Below, piece by piece: positions 1 through 9,406 of a DNA stretch of 55,022 nucleotides. Source of the DNA: a virus. Lineage: Duplodnaviria; Caudoviricetes. The stretch is from positions 1 to 55,022 of IMG/VR virus record IMGVR_UViG_3300026382_000019. One strand, written 5' to 3'. Made by a program: the position numbers and the translations under genes. Positions within the stretch are counted from its first letter, which is position 1, and each line of letters opens with the position of its first letter. The notes below the pieces were generated by a model. The model saw nothing but the letters and a program-made list of their open reading frames with translations. It was not told the origin of the DNA and searched no databases.

Positions 1-201
1 GTTTTTCTTTTTAACCAAGGCCTTAACGTTTTCTCCCTGGATGTTTATGCCTTTGACATCTTCAACTTCTATGCTTGTATTGTAGTACTCCTCATAGTAT
101 TTGAATAAATCCCCTATTTTTATTTTCTTTTCATTTTTTATAAAATTTCTAAAACCCTCATCTTCTATTTCAACTTCAATAATCTGATCATAACTCCAAC
201 A
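1..201 (-). mobile_element. Intein N-terminal splicing region inside the AAA ATPase
   Basis: In frame after GYLGD: CWSYDQIIEV...KIKIGDLF. Cys1 block-A pattern (C-x-x-x-D-x-x-I) plus the typical I-x-D-L motif. C-terminal end lies outside the window. Confidence 0.7.
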
Positions 202-882
202 ATCACCAAGGTATCCATTTAATATTGTTCTGAAAAGATTTTGAATTCTTTTTGAATTTGTCCTGTAAAATTCATCTAAAAATAGGATAGTATTATAAGT
301 CCCTCTGATTTTGTCAATAGGTTTTCTATAATCTTCCCTAATTTTTGCTATATGAGCATATTTGTTAACTGCTTTATCCCATTCTGCTTGTTTCATAGGT
401 TTTTTATTCTTAAGGTCTGTAATGAGCGAACTTTCTGCTGTTATAACCTCAAAGCCCATTGCTGCATTTTTATCCTCTTTCATTTCCATAGTCTTTTTTT
501 CAGTGTTCATTCCTGTTTTTACAAGATAAGGCACTGAGATAATAGCATCTTCAGAAACATGTGGTGCTTCAATTGTAATGATTTTCATACCAATAATATC
601 AGCAAATTGTTGAAGACTTGAGGTTTTTCCTGATCCAGGATCTCCTTTTAATAGTAAAGAACCTTTTTCCTGTCCTTTTGATGTGTTTATCATGTTCAAT
701 AAAACAGTTTTGACAAATTTACCAAATTTTCCGTCTTTTGAAGAAACTGGTATTTTATATTTTTTGGATTTTTTTGCAGAAACTTTTGAAAAGCTTTTTG
801 CTTTGCCCGAACCCACTTCCTCATTATCAATATTTATGTCATCTTCTTTTTCTATCATATATTTGTAAAAATCTTTTGTCAT
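1..882 (-). CDS. MoxR-like AAA+ ATPase, 5' part (runs off the window), interrupted by an intein
   Basis: Not in the ORF track. Manual translation from ATG 882 (GGAG upstream): MTKDFYKYMIEKEDD...LLLKGDPGSGKTS (Walker A)...ILFLDEFYR (Walker B)...RTILNGYLGD, then intein. Lies near a VWA gene, as MoxR ATPases typically do. Confidence 0.8.
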   Translation of the reverse strand, partial: MTKDFYKYMIEKEDDINIDNEEVGSGKAKSFSKVSAKKSKKYKIPVSSKDGKFGKFVKTVLLNMINTSKGQEKGSLLLKGDPGSGKTSSLQQFADIIGMKIITIEAPHVSEDAIISVPYLVKTGMNTEKKTMEMKEDKNAAMGFEVITAESSLITDLKNKKPMKQAEWDKAVNKYAHIAKIREDYRKPIDKIRGTYNTILFLDEFYRTNSKRIQNLFRTILNGYLGDCWSYDQIIEVEIEDEGFRNFIKNEKKIKIGDLFKYYEEYYNTSIEVEDVKGINIQGENVKALVKKKN

Positions 883-898
883 TGTCATCTCCCTTCCA

Positions 899-1069
899 TT
901 ATTTCCAGTCCATCATTCTTTCAAATGATTCTGGGTCTTCCTGTTTTAGTCTCATTGCTACAATATATAATTCCCTATAATTGTGATCATTTTTATTTAA
1001 CATTGGTATTTCATATCTTTTTTTTGTATCTGGATTTACTATATTAAACAATTTATTATCTTCTTTCAT
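899..1069 (-). CDS. Hypothetical protein (56 aa)
   Basis: Manual ORF MKEDNKLFNIVNPDTKKRYEIPML...RMMDWK filling the gap between neighbours. Confidence 0.55.
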   Translation of the reverse strand: MKEDNKLFNIVNPDTKKRYEIPMLNKNDHNYRELYIVAMRLKQEDPESFERMMDWK

Positions 1070-1101
1070 TTTATTCATAATATTTTTCCTTTTCCATTAA
1101 T

Positions 1102-1599
1102 CTAAATAAATTTTTGCAAAATACCAATTCTTTGGTTTTTACTAAATTCTTGTACTTTTTTAGAATCCTGAATGAATTCACCGAAATCTGTGTATATCTT
1201 ACCACCGACAACAATGTTTGCTTCCATGAGAGCAAATTCAATCTCCTGAAGTTCATTAAAATTTTCCAAATCTTTAAGAAAAAGGTTTCCTGTAACCTTT
1301 CTAATGTCTCCTTTAAAATCTTTAAGATAATTGTTTGATAAGTTTAGATTTCCTATTACTGTAACCAAAGAACCTTTTAGGGAATTCATAAGATTATCTT
1401 CAAATATTGCATTTCCGTAAATTTCTTTTGGAGCAAATTCTAGGTTCACTAAATCATTCCCACTCATATTGTAATCACCTCTAAATATTTCAGGTGATCC
1501 TTCCAATGAGTCTATGTCAGAATCACTTAGTGAAAGGCTTCCCATTGTGATATCTTGTCCAGTTAAATCACCGAATCTTGAATCTTTAAATTTTCCCAC
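1102..1599 (-). CDS. Leucine-rich-repeat protein (about 22-aa phage-type LRRs)
   Basis: Repeats SLEGSPEIFRGDYNMSGN / NLEFAPKEIYGNAIFEDN / SLKGSLVTVIGNLNLSNN. GTG start with AGGAG; TATAAATA at 1622-1629. Confidence 0.75.
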   Translation of the reverse strand: MGKFKDSRFGDLTGQDITMGSLSLSDSDIDSLEGSPEIFRGDYNMSGNDLVNLEFAPKEIYGNAIFEDNLMNSLKGSLVTVIGNLNLSNNYLKDFKGDIRKVTGNLFLKDLENFNELQEIEFALMEANIVVGGKIYTDFGEFIQDSKKVQEFSKNQRIGILQKFI

Positions 1600-1624
1600 G
1601 TGTTTTCTCCTAGTTTTCTTTTAT

Positions 1625-3451
1625 TTATATCTCTTTTTTGCCTATATATGATATATATTTGTAACCGCTAAGTTTTGGCTTTATTACATCAAATGATGCT
1701 CTATTGTTTAATATTATATTGAAACTGAAAGGTCTTTTTGATGCCACTAAAGCAATTTTCTTAAGGACAGCCATATTTCTATCATCGAGGATATCAGTAT
1801 CAGTAAACATAACACTATTGAATGCCCCATCTTTTCCTGATATCATTTTAAGGATTATCTTTGACATTTCCACAGGAAACTCAGTTCCTCCTCCCCACAT
1901 ATCTCTAAATAAAACTTTTATTGGGTATGAATTTTTTTCTAATAATTTATCAACCTTTTTAGGGTCATTTAGATATTCTGCCTTTTTCACAATATCCATA
2001 TTATTTTTGAATTGTCTAAATTTATGTTTTTTGCCTGTTTTATCCAAATCTATCTTATATACATCCCAATCACTGTCAAATTTTATAATATACATATCTT
2101 CAATGCCATTAAGTTTTGATTTTTCAATAACCTTCATAATATCAGGATTTACACCTGCAATGGTTGCTGCCATTGAACCTGAATTATCAAGCACAAACAA
2201 CAATTTTTGTATATTTTTCTCACCCTTAATAATACCAGCCTTAATAGCAATACCATCATTATCATCAGAATCTAATACCATCGCTAATGAAGATTTTGTT
2301 CTATTGTGCATTTTTGTAATGCTCTCTTCCTCAATGTCAATAGGTTTAGGTACCATTTTTTTGAGTAAAATTTTCCAATTTATTGGTTTTACGGGTTTTT
2401 TAAGGCCTTCACCTGAACTACCATTCCTTGCTTTTTTTCTTGCCTCTTTGGCATCCTCAATAGACTTCATCCTTTCCTGTTCTTCTGCCTCTGCCTGTTC
2501 TTCCATTTTTTTAATTTCTTCTTCAACTTTTTCAGGAGTCAGTTCATCCCTTTCATCAGCATCTAGCATATCCTCATCTTTTGTAGTTTCCTTCATTGCA
2601 TCATCGATTTTTTCCTGATCGGTTTTCTCATCCTCATCCTTTTCCTCGTCACTGTCATCGAGAGGGTCTTCGTGGTTCGAAGCTGAAGATGATGATCCAG
2701 AACCTCCTTCAATAGCATTATCAGGTTCTGCTTCGTCGCTACCGTCGCTACCGTCATCACTGCTATCAGTCTCCTCACCGTCTCCGTTGATACGTTCCCA
2801 TTGACCATCTTCCTGGTTTTCTAAGGCATCCTGGATTGCTTGTTTTTCCTCGTCAGAAACTTCATCATCCTCCATAATATCCTCGATTCTATCCTCGATA
2901 GCATCCTGAATATCCTGCATATCCTGAAGTTCCTCGTCCGTAAGGTCCATATCGTTATCCTCACCAGCTTTCATTTTGTCTAGCATGTCTGCTAATTCCT
3001 CAGGAGACATTTCTGCAATCTCGTCTTCATCAGGCATATCAGCAAGGTCTGGGCCACCGGAAGCATCAGAGCCTTCAGGGCCTTCATCTCCATTAATCTG
3101 ATTATTGTCTGCATCGAGATGTTCATCCATTGCAGATTGCATTTTTGAGATTTTATCCATCAATGAATTTTGAGGATCAGGAGTGCCCTCCTCAATGTCA
3201 TCAAGAACAGCAATCTGAATATCCTCTATACTGTCGAAATGGTCATAATTGTAATCTGATGCAAAAAGGCCTATCGGAAGCTGAGCATAACCCTTCTTTT
3301 TTAATTCGTAATTCGTGATGTAATCACCGATGTAATTTTGGATTTTCCCATTGGCGTTCCTTGCTGCTCTACGCAATGTTTTTCTACTTCTCTTTTTTTG
3401 TTTTTCTGTTAGGTGATTATCCACTGCTTCATCAATATTTTTATTTTTCAT
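1625..3451 (-). CDS. C-terminal half of a DUF2201-like metallopeptidase/VWA protein (acidic linker plus VWA domain)
   Basis: N-x-x-x-D-x-x-x-N motif (QNYIGDYITN), long D/E-rich linker, MIDAS DNSGS, GGGT and FTD motifs. Confidence 0.8.
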   Translation of the reverse strand: MKNKNIDEAVDNHLTEKQKKRSRKTLRRAARNANGKIQNYIGDYITNYELKKKGYAQLPIGLFASDYNYDHFDSIEDIQIAVLDDIEEGTPDPQNSLMDKISKMQSAMDEHLDADNNQINGDEGPEGSDASGGPDLADMPDEDEIAEMSPEELADMLDKMKAGEDNDMDLTDEELQDMQDIQDAIEDRIEDIMEDDEVSDEEKQAIQDALENQEDGQWERINGDGEETDSSDDGSDGSDEAEPDNAIEGGSGSSSSASNHEDPLDDSDEEKDEDEKTDQEKIDDAMKETTKDEDMLDADERDELTPEKVEEEIKKMEEQAEAEEQERMKSIEDAKEARKKARNGSSGEGLKKPVKPINWKILLKKMVPKPIDIEEESITKMHNRTKSSLAMVLDSDDNDGIAIKAGIIKGEKNIQKLLFVLDNSGSMAATIAGVNPDIMKVIEKSKLNGIEDMYIIKFDSDWDVYKIDLDKTGKKHKFRQFKNNMDIVKKAEYLNDPKKVDKLLEKNSYPIKVLFRDMWGGGTEFPVEMSKIILKMISGKDGAFNSVMFTDTDILDDRNMAVLKKIALVASKRPFSFNIILNNRASFDVIKPKLSGYKYISYIGKKEI

Positions 3452-4518
3452 TTATATTCTCCTGTAATTATATTTTTTACAAATAATTCAGTATTACCTG
3501 ATGGTAATATACTTTCGCCTATATATCTGTAATCTTTATATTTTGATATTAACTCTTGTTCCTTTGCATGTGCCTCACTCCCGTTAGGGTATTCTTTGTA
3601 AAAAATCAAATTCAATTCACTTTCTATACTTTTGCTATATCGCATTCTTAGACTGTAATTAATATTTTTTGTTTTCTTAGTTATTCCTATTTTATAAAGA
3701 CCTTTATACTCAAAAAAATACAGATATGTTGCATGCTTAGTATCATGTTTTGATGACACTCTGTTCCTATATCCACAATCTCTGCAAAGTTTTCCCTTCA
3801 GTATTGATACAGGGTGTGCACTAAATTCATTGCCACATACACATTGAAACTTCATTCTTTCTGCACCTGATATGAATTCAGTGATTATTTTTGGCTTTGG
3901 TTCAGGCATATCATTGTATTTTTTCATATAAATTTCTTTCGAGATTCTTCTCTTCATCCCAGCCTGAATTTTTGAACAACCACAGGTTACGCCCCTTAAA
4001 ACATCATTTGGAGATATCATATATTCATTACCACATCCACATAAATGTTTTATTTTTTCTTTGGAGCCTTTATAATCTTCAATGGGTAATGCTTTTATTC
4101 CTTTGTCAATCAAAGCTTTCTTATATTTATCTGTATCAATATAAGGTCTCTTTCTTGAGCATCCGCATGTGCTCCTAATTGCATTAGAGGGTTTTGTTAT
4201 ATATTCATTGCCACATATGCACCTAAACAAAGTTGGTGTATTCATGTCCTTATAGGTTCCTATTAATATAACTCCGGTGTTTAGTAATTTTTCTTTTAGT
4301 TTATCTATTGTTGTAGATTTTCTCTTATTATGAGGCACACTACATTTTTGACATTTATATCCTTTATATGCATTATTTGGAGATATCATATATTCATTGC
4401 TACATACACATAAATGTTTTATTTTTTCTTTAGCACCTTTATATTCTCCCAGGCATTTTATGCCTGTTTTATTCAAGATTTTATTTTCATACTCCTCCTG
4501 AGTTAATTTTCTTGGCAT
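3448..4518 (-). mobile_element. Free-standing homing endonuclease (four Zn-ribbon repeats plus GIY-YIG-like C-terminal domain)
   Basis: Repeats such as KIKHLCxCxNEYMISPN; C-terminus YLYFF..YKIGIT...EQEL...GNTELF. Overlaps both flanking ORFs (TAATG and ATGA-type coupling). Confidence 0.75.
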
Positions 4519-5372
4519 TATTTCTTAGGTCCTATTATGCTTCTATCTATTTGTTCTTGTAATAAATCTCCACTCCAACCCGCTGACTGTAGCAATTTTG
4601 GCCATCTGGTCGGTCCTTCTCTTACCATTAAGTTAAATAAATCTACAGAGCCATAAAAGTGATCGGCGTGCACGATATGATAGATTTCATGAAGTATCAG
4701 GAATTCGATATATGCATAGGCATCAGGAATATTTCCTCCATTGCTTTCGTACATTCCGCCTGCTGGCTTAACACCCTTCATATGTGCGTATTGGATTAAT
4801 TGCTTACAGAATGCAACATTGAAAATCAATTCTCCGTTTGCTGTTGCTGCGGCTGTTCCTACCTGTTTCATCCATTCTGGTTGTCTTACGAATTTGGGTG
4901 CTGGAGTAACATGAATTGAAACCTTTACTTTTTTGCCTGTAATAGGATCCCTCAGTTTGAAAAATGCTGGATTTGACACCCTAACCCATTTTATCATTTC
5001 CTTTAATTCTTTGAGAGTAACTTTAGGTACTTTGTCAGACGGTGTTATGTAATCGAATAATATGCTTTCTATCATATTTTTTTTATTTACAGCATTTTGC
5101 CTTTCATTAGCATGCTCCAGATGTGACATCTGAATATCCAATCTTTGCTGAAGGTCTTCAGTGATTTCCTTTACAGTTTTGCCTCGTTCCTTTGCTTCTC
5201 TTTTGATTATTTTTTTGACATAAGGAGTGGATAAATCTACATGCTCAAATTGAGCATGGACATTTTTGTCAATAGATTTTGTAAACTGTCCTTTTATTTT
5301 TTCATCTAAAGCATTTCTAAATATTTCTGAGAATATTTGAAGGCTCTCGTTTTTTGGTGTAGAATTTTCCAT
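4518..5372 (-). CDS. N-terminal half of a DUF2201-like zinc metallopeptidase
   Basis: TAAAT..G.LIFN motif and FLILHEIYH (HExxH) near the C-terminus; late promoter at 5392-5399. Confidence 0.75.
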   Translation of the reverse strand: MENSTPKNESLQIFSEIFRNALDEKIKGQFTKSIDKNVHAQFEHVDLSTPYVKKIIKREAKERGKTVKEITEDLQQRLDIQMSHLEHANERQNAVNKKNMIESILFDYITPSDKVPKVTLKELKEMIKWVRVSNPAFFKLRDPITGKKVKVSIHVTPAPKFVRQPEWMKQVGTAAATANGELIFNVAFCKQLIQYAHMKGVKPAGGMYESNGGNIPDAYAYIEFLILHEIYHIVHADHFYGSVDLFNLMVREGPTRWPKLLQSAGWSGDLLQEQIDRSIIGPKK

Positions 5373-5394
5373 ATAAAACCCCTTTTTAGGTTAT

Positions 5395-6639
5395 TTATAC
5401 CCTAATCATTTTCATTTTGAGTATTCCCATCATGCCTTGATGGACATTGGACGTTATCATGTTTGCTATTTTTTCATATGGAACCTTGAGTTTTCTGAGG
5501 TCATTTGTATCCTTGAACCTTTCAGATCCTTCAGGCCATATGAAGCATTTGTATCCTCGTTCCAAATATTTTAAGGTTTCTTCATGGGCTTTTTGGTCAC
5601 ATCGTTGATTATCAAGGCAAAAGATTGGTTCCTTTAATTCCTGAATCCTATCGTCACCGAGGTTAGCCCCGAGTTGTGCTATGACATTATCTAAGCCACT
5701 AGACATTGCGTCATAAATTGATTCAAAAATATATACTGGTTTTTCCTTGTCAATATTATAAAAATTCCATGCCTTATGACCGCTGTTTCCTGTAACCATA
5801 TAAACGAAAAATCTTTTTTCTCTCCATGCCAATGCCTGAAATCCATACCATAGGTCTCCTTTTTTGAGTGGTATGATGATGTATTCTGATAGAGTTTGTA
5901 ATGCTCCATTAAATTTTATTTTGTTCCCTTTGGGACTGTATCTCCAGTCACTCTGAACCTCAATCCCACGATTCTCAATGTATCCTGAAGGTCCATCTGG
6001 TCCTGAAGGCATATCAGTGAAGCCTGCTGGTTCAGGTACCAAAAACAGACCTCCATCATTTATCGGTATATTGAGTGCTTTTGGCACTCCTGCTGCTTTT
6101 GATACAGAAGGAGTGCCAAAATCAAGTCCTGAAGAAAATGACATAATCTCATCGGCTGACAGTGCTTTTTCCTCATGACCATCTTGGTCATCCTGAGTAT
6201 TCTGAGAGTTCTGAGTGTCTATTTTTTGTACAGTTTCTTGATCAAAATTTAACCCGGTGTCAAAAGTCGGAATCTCATCCATTCCTTTTTCCTGATCATC
6301 ATTCTCATCCTCTTTAACATCATCCTTAAAAAGTGTCTTCAAGGTCTTCAGTCCTGCCCCTCGTTTTTCATTGGCATATAGCGAAAATTCCCTTGGGTGA
6401 TTCTCTTTAAGGTATCCGTAAAGGTTTGTAGAGTATTCACAATTGAAGCATTTCACTGCAGCATTGTCATACGAAGGTTTGATATAAAGGTGTAAACGAT
6501 GCTTTCTCATCCATGAACCGCCCTCATTACATATCGGACAACATACGGAAATGTCAGAAGGACCAACATTGCCTATGGTATCATATGGATGAACCATCAT
6601 CCAATATTTTTTGTCAATTTCATCGAGGTATTGTGCCAT
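5395..6639 (-). CDS. gp61: DNA primase (T4 gp61-like)
   Basis: Zn finger CPIC...CFNC; TOPRIM motifs YIFESIYDAMS, CLDNQRCD, KDTND. Confidence 0.85.
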   Translation of the reverse strand: MAQYLDEIDKKYWMMVHPYDTIGNVGPSDISVCCPICNEGGSWMRKHRLHLYIKPSYDNAAVKCFNCEYSTNLYGYLKENHPREFSLYANEKRGAGLKTLKTLFKDDVKEDENDDQEKGMDEIPTFDTGLNFDQETVQKIDTQNSQNTQDDQDGHEEKALSADEIMSFSSGLDFGTPSVSKAAGVPKALNIPINDGGLFLVPEPAGFTDMPSGPDGPSGYIENRGIEVQSDWRYSPKGNKIKFNGALQTLSEYIIIPLKKGDLWYGFQALAWREKRFFVYMVTGNSGHKAWNFYNIDKEKPVYIFESIYDAMSSGLDNVIAQLGANLGDDRIQELKEPIFCLDNQRCDQKAHEETLKYLERGYKCFIWPEGSERFKDTNDLRKLKVPYEKIANMITSNVHQGMMGILKMKMIRV

Positions 6640-6759
6640 GAAGGCTCCTTTTTGTTTTTATAAATAATCTCATATAATAGATTTTATCAAAATAATGCTT
6701 AATTTTATGCCTATGTTCTGATAAAATCTGAATCTAAAAATTTAAAACTGGAGAATATT

Positions 6760-7041
6760 ATGAATGATAAAATTTTAAATGAAAGTGTGAGAGAATCTTT
6801 TGAGAACCTTATAGCAAAGTACCCGATTTCTGAGTGCAATTACATCATAACAAATTCTCTTGCTATACTTGGGGATAAAAAAATTCAACCAAGCAAAGAA
6901 ACAAAATTAACTGAAGCATCACTGAAAAGGATAAACAGGTATAAATATCCTGAGAGATTAGCATCTCTCATTAATATTACAATAGATAAGACCGAAGAAT
7001 GGGCTAATTTCAGTTTTACGAAACTTGCTCTTCAATCTTAA
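6760..7041 (+). CDS. Hypothetical protein
   Basis: GGAG RBS; TATAAATA at 6659-6666; fills the intergenic gap. Confidence 0.65.
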   Translation: MNDKILNESVRESFENLIAKYPISECNYIITNSLAILGDKKIQPSKETKLTEASLKRINRYKYPERLASLINITIDKTEEWANFSFTKLALQS

Positions 7042-7045
7042 TATA

Positions 7046-8182
7046 TTAAAAATCTAAAAAATCATCCAGTGAGTTTGTGTTTTTAGTTTTATATTTTGCA
7101 CTATAAAATTTATTAATGTTATTTACATGTAGTGGAAGTTTTTCGTCCATAAAAAACTCTAATATTCCATTAGGATTATAATTTACTTCTACAGTATTGA
7201 ATTCATGAATAATTTTATCTTGTATATCCTCTGGAACCTCTGTAAAATCTACAAGAACTTTATTTCTGGCAAAATTATCTTTGTACATATTATGCTCTCC
7301 AAAAAATTCATTTAATGAGTCATTGCATACACAATGTTTTTCTGCTTTTTTTATACCATAAGGTTTTGTTTTAAAGATATTTTTTGAATCTTTTAATTCA
7401 CCTTTTTTCTTGCCACTCTTTATAATATCATAAATATCATAATTTTCTACAAGTTCATCCCAAATATCCATTGTTGTGACTGTCTTTACACACTCTGAAT
7501 TTATATTGTTCTCTTTTAAATAACCAATAAATTCGTCGCTAAAATGAGACTTTCCTGTAACAGTTGGCACATTATCACCCTTATCACCAATTAATCCATG
7601 GATGATTGTAAATCTTGACATTGGCCCAAAATCTGTCTGAACAATTTCTGATTCAAAATCAGTTAAAAATTGGTCCTCTTTTTTAATAGGATCCCACATT
7701 CTAACATTATTGTGTGCTTGAACCTGTTTCCAGTCATGATCAGAAGTCACGAGAATGATATCCATTTCATTACCATATTTTATTGCTATTGTGCCTGCTA
7801 TATCATCAGCTTCGGCTTCATTTACTCGTAGGACCTTGAAAGGAAAATTCTCTTTGATTTTTTCTAACATTTTGTCAGTTTCTTCGAAAAATTCCTCAAA
7901 ATTTACGTCATTATCTTCTTTGGCCTTGCTTCTGTTAGCCTTATAATCTGGATAAAATCTTTTTCGCCAGTTATCTTGACCATCTATTGCCAGTATAATT
8001 TCATTTTTGAATTTATTTTTTATGAATTGAAGTGAGTTAAATAATAAAGATTTGTGATATTGAATAAAATCTTCAGTAACAAACAGCCCATCTTTTTTTC
8101 TAGGCTTTGCTTGTTGTAATGCAATAAAAAGGTTTCTCATATTTAAGTGACTAAAATCCACTATCGTTATCGATTTTTTCAT
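7046..8182 (-). CDS. rnh: RNase H / 5'-3' flap exonuclease (T4 rnh-like)
   Basis: IVDFS, WRKRFYPDYKANR, EADD, TSDHDW, GDKGDNVP. Confidence 0.9.
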   Translation of the reverse strand: MKKSITIVDFSHLNMRNLFIALQQAKPRKKDGLFVTEDFIQYHKSLLFNSLQFIKNKFKNEIILAIDGQDNWRKRFYPDYKANRSKAKEDNDVNFEEFFEETDKMLEKIKENFPFKVLRVNEAEADDIAGTIAIKYGNEMDIILVTSDHDWKQVQAHNNVRMWDPIKKEDQFLTDFESEIVQTDFGPMSRFTIIHGLIGDKGDNVPTVTGKSHFSDEFIGYLKENNINSECVKTVTTMDIWDELVENYDIYDIIKSGKKKGELKDSKNIFKTKPYGIKKAEKHCVCNDSLNEFFGEHNMYKDNFARNKVLVDFTEVPEDIQDKIIHEFNTVEVNYNPNGILEFFMDEKLPLHVNNINKFYSAKYKTKNTNSLDDFLDF

Positions 8183-8230
8183 ATGTTTCCTTTTATTTTA
8201 TTTTTTGTGTCCTTTGACTCAGTGACCTAA

Positions 8231-8252
8231 TTGATGACCTAAAGGTCATCAA
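8231..8252 (-). terminator. Inverted repeat over the SSB stop codon (terminator or mRNA-processing hairpin)
   Basis: TTGATGACCT-AA-AGGTCATCAA, perfect 10-bp arms; no clear U-tract immediately after. Confidence 0.45.
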
Positions 8253-9288
8253 GGAAATCTAAATCTGAACTAGCAGATGCTGTAGGAGCTGGTTGTGTAG
8301 ATTGAGCTGGTTGAGCTGGTGCTTCCTGCACAGGTGTTTCTACTGCTGGTTGTACTGGAGCAGTTTCAGCTACTGGTGCTTCCTGTGCAGGTGTTTCTAC
8401 TACTGGTTGTACTGTCTGATCTGGCTGAGTAGTTGGCGCTGAAGTATCAGTTTTTGCGGTTACTCCCACGATACCAGAAACTACATTTTTGAATTGGATT
8501 GGATCAACAAATTCTGGTTGATATGCTTCAAGAACAAATTTCATTTTTGTTCTTAATTCTTCGTAAGTTTCGAAAGCCTCAGGTTTCATAAATTCTTCTA
8601 ATTTAAAAGCACTATTGATAATATCATTTTTTGCTTCTTCGCCATCTGCATATATAGAACTTGGTGCCATAATCTCTGTGGCATCATAGTTTAAAAAACC
8701 AGCAACTTTAGCAATTTTAAGTTTAATATTACAACCTGTTAAAGGATTGAATAATTGTTTTGGTTCTTCGCCCATTGCAATTTCTGATTCTGATGGTTGA
8801 AGTGCTGCCATAAATTTATCTTTAAGTTTTGTTCCAAATTCCCATAAGAAAATTTTACCTTCATTTTGAGGATTTGCGGGGTCTTTGATAACCTTGATGT
8901 TTGCCATAAATTTAATTTTTCTGCTAAATTTCTTAGCCTCTTTTTTGCCTTCTTCAGTGCCTATGTTATATAGTGCTGACCAAAGTTCTGATGCTGGACA
9001 AGGTTCACCGATTGTCTCTGGTGAAATATTGATATACCATCTTTTTTTCTTGTTTACATTATCAAATGATTGAAATGCATGGTTATATCTCTGAATAAAT
9101 GGGGTACCTGTTGGGTCTGGAAGTAATCTAATAATTGCTCCTCCATTATCGTTCTCGTCCCGACTCAATTTCCAAAATCTATCATCTTCGTAATTTTTCT
9201 TTCCGCCTGCGTTTACATTTGCACCTAAGTTTTTCTCTAATGAACCCCAGTCCATGTTTCCTGTGCTGCTAAAATCTAATGCTGCCAT
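8239..9288 (-). CDS. gp32: Single-stranded DNA-binding protein (T4 gp32-like)
   Basis: DDRFWKL, AIIRLLP, NIKVIKDPANPQNEGKIFLWEFG, acidic tail DLDFLDDL. Start moved to ATG 9288 behind AGGAG. Confidence 0.92.
   Translation of the reverse strand: MAALDFSSTGNMDWGSLEKNLGANVNAGGKKNYEDDRFWKLSRDENDNGGAIIRLLPDPTGTPFIQRYNHAFQSFDNVNKKKRWYINISPETIGEPCPASELWSALYNIGTEEGKKEAKKFSRKIKFMANIKVIKDPANPQNEGKIFLWEFGTKLKDKFMAALQPSESEIAMGEEPKQLFNPLTGCNIKLKIAKVAGFLNYDATEIMAPSSIYADGEEAKNDIINSAFKLEEFMKPEAFETYEELRTKMKFVLEAYQPEFVDPIQFKNVVSGIVGVTAKTDTSAPTTQPDQTVQPVVETPAQEAPVAETAPVQPAVETPVQEAPAQPAQSTQPAPTASASSDLDFLDDL
8285..8415 (-). repeat. Pro/Ala/Gln-rich degenerate repeats in the SSB linker
   Basis: QPVVETPAQEAP / QPAVETPVQEAP / QPAQ repeats visible in both DNA and protein. 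Confidence 0.7.
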
Positions 9289-9406
9289 ATTTTTTCTCCT
9301 AACGTATTTTAACGTGTGTTTTAATTTCATATCTTTTTTGTGGAGGTTAAATGTTGTTGCTCCATGTTTTGTTTGTTTTCTTGCTCTAATTATAGAGAAA
9401 ATTTAC

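Noticed and set aside
1704-2618. 304-aa plus-strand ORF and the many other short antisense ORFs in the track
   Set aside because: They shadow well-supported minus-strand genes, are rich in S/F/I as expected for antisense frames, and show no motifs.
3350-4650. Split intein or group I intron as the explanation for the fractured peptidase
   Set aside because: No HN-[CST] junction, no block A/F/G pattern, and no group I core like the one in the polymerase intron.
4580-4655. tRNA-D-arm-like TAACTTAATGGTAAGAG within a CTGTAG/CTACAG stem at the peptidase break
   Set aside because: No T-arm (GTTC) or cloverleaf can be built; probably chance, though it sits at the fracture point.
9289-9330. Upstream starts in the ORF track for SSB (9330) and for 17049, 44772 and 46678
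   Set aside because: Downstream ATGs have a better RBS or stop-start coupling, and at 17034 and 44745 they expose the CTS motif.
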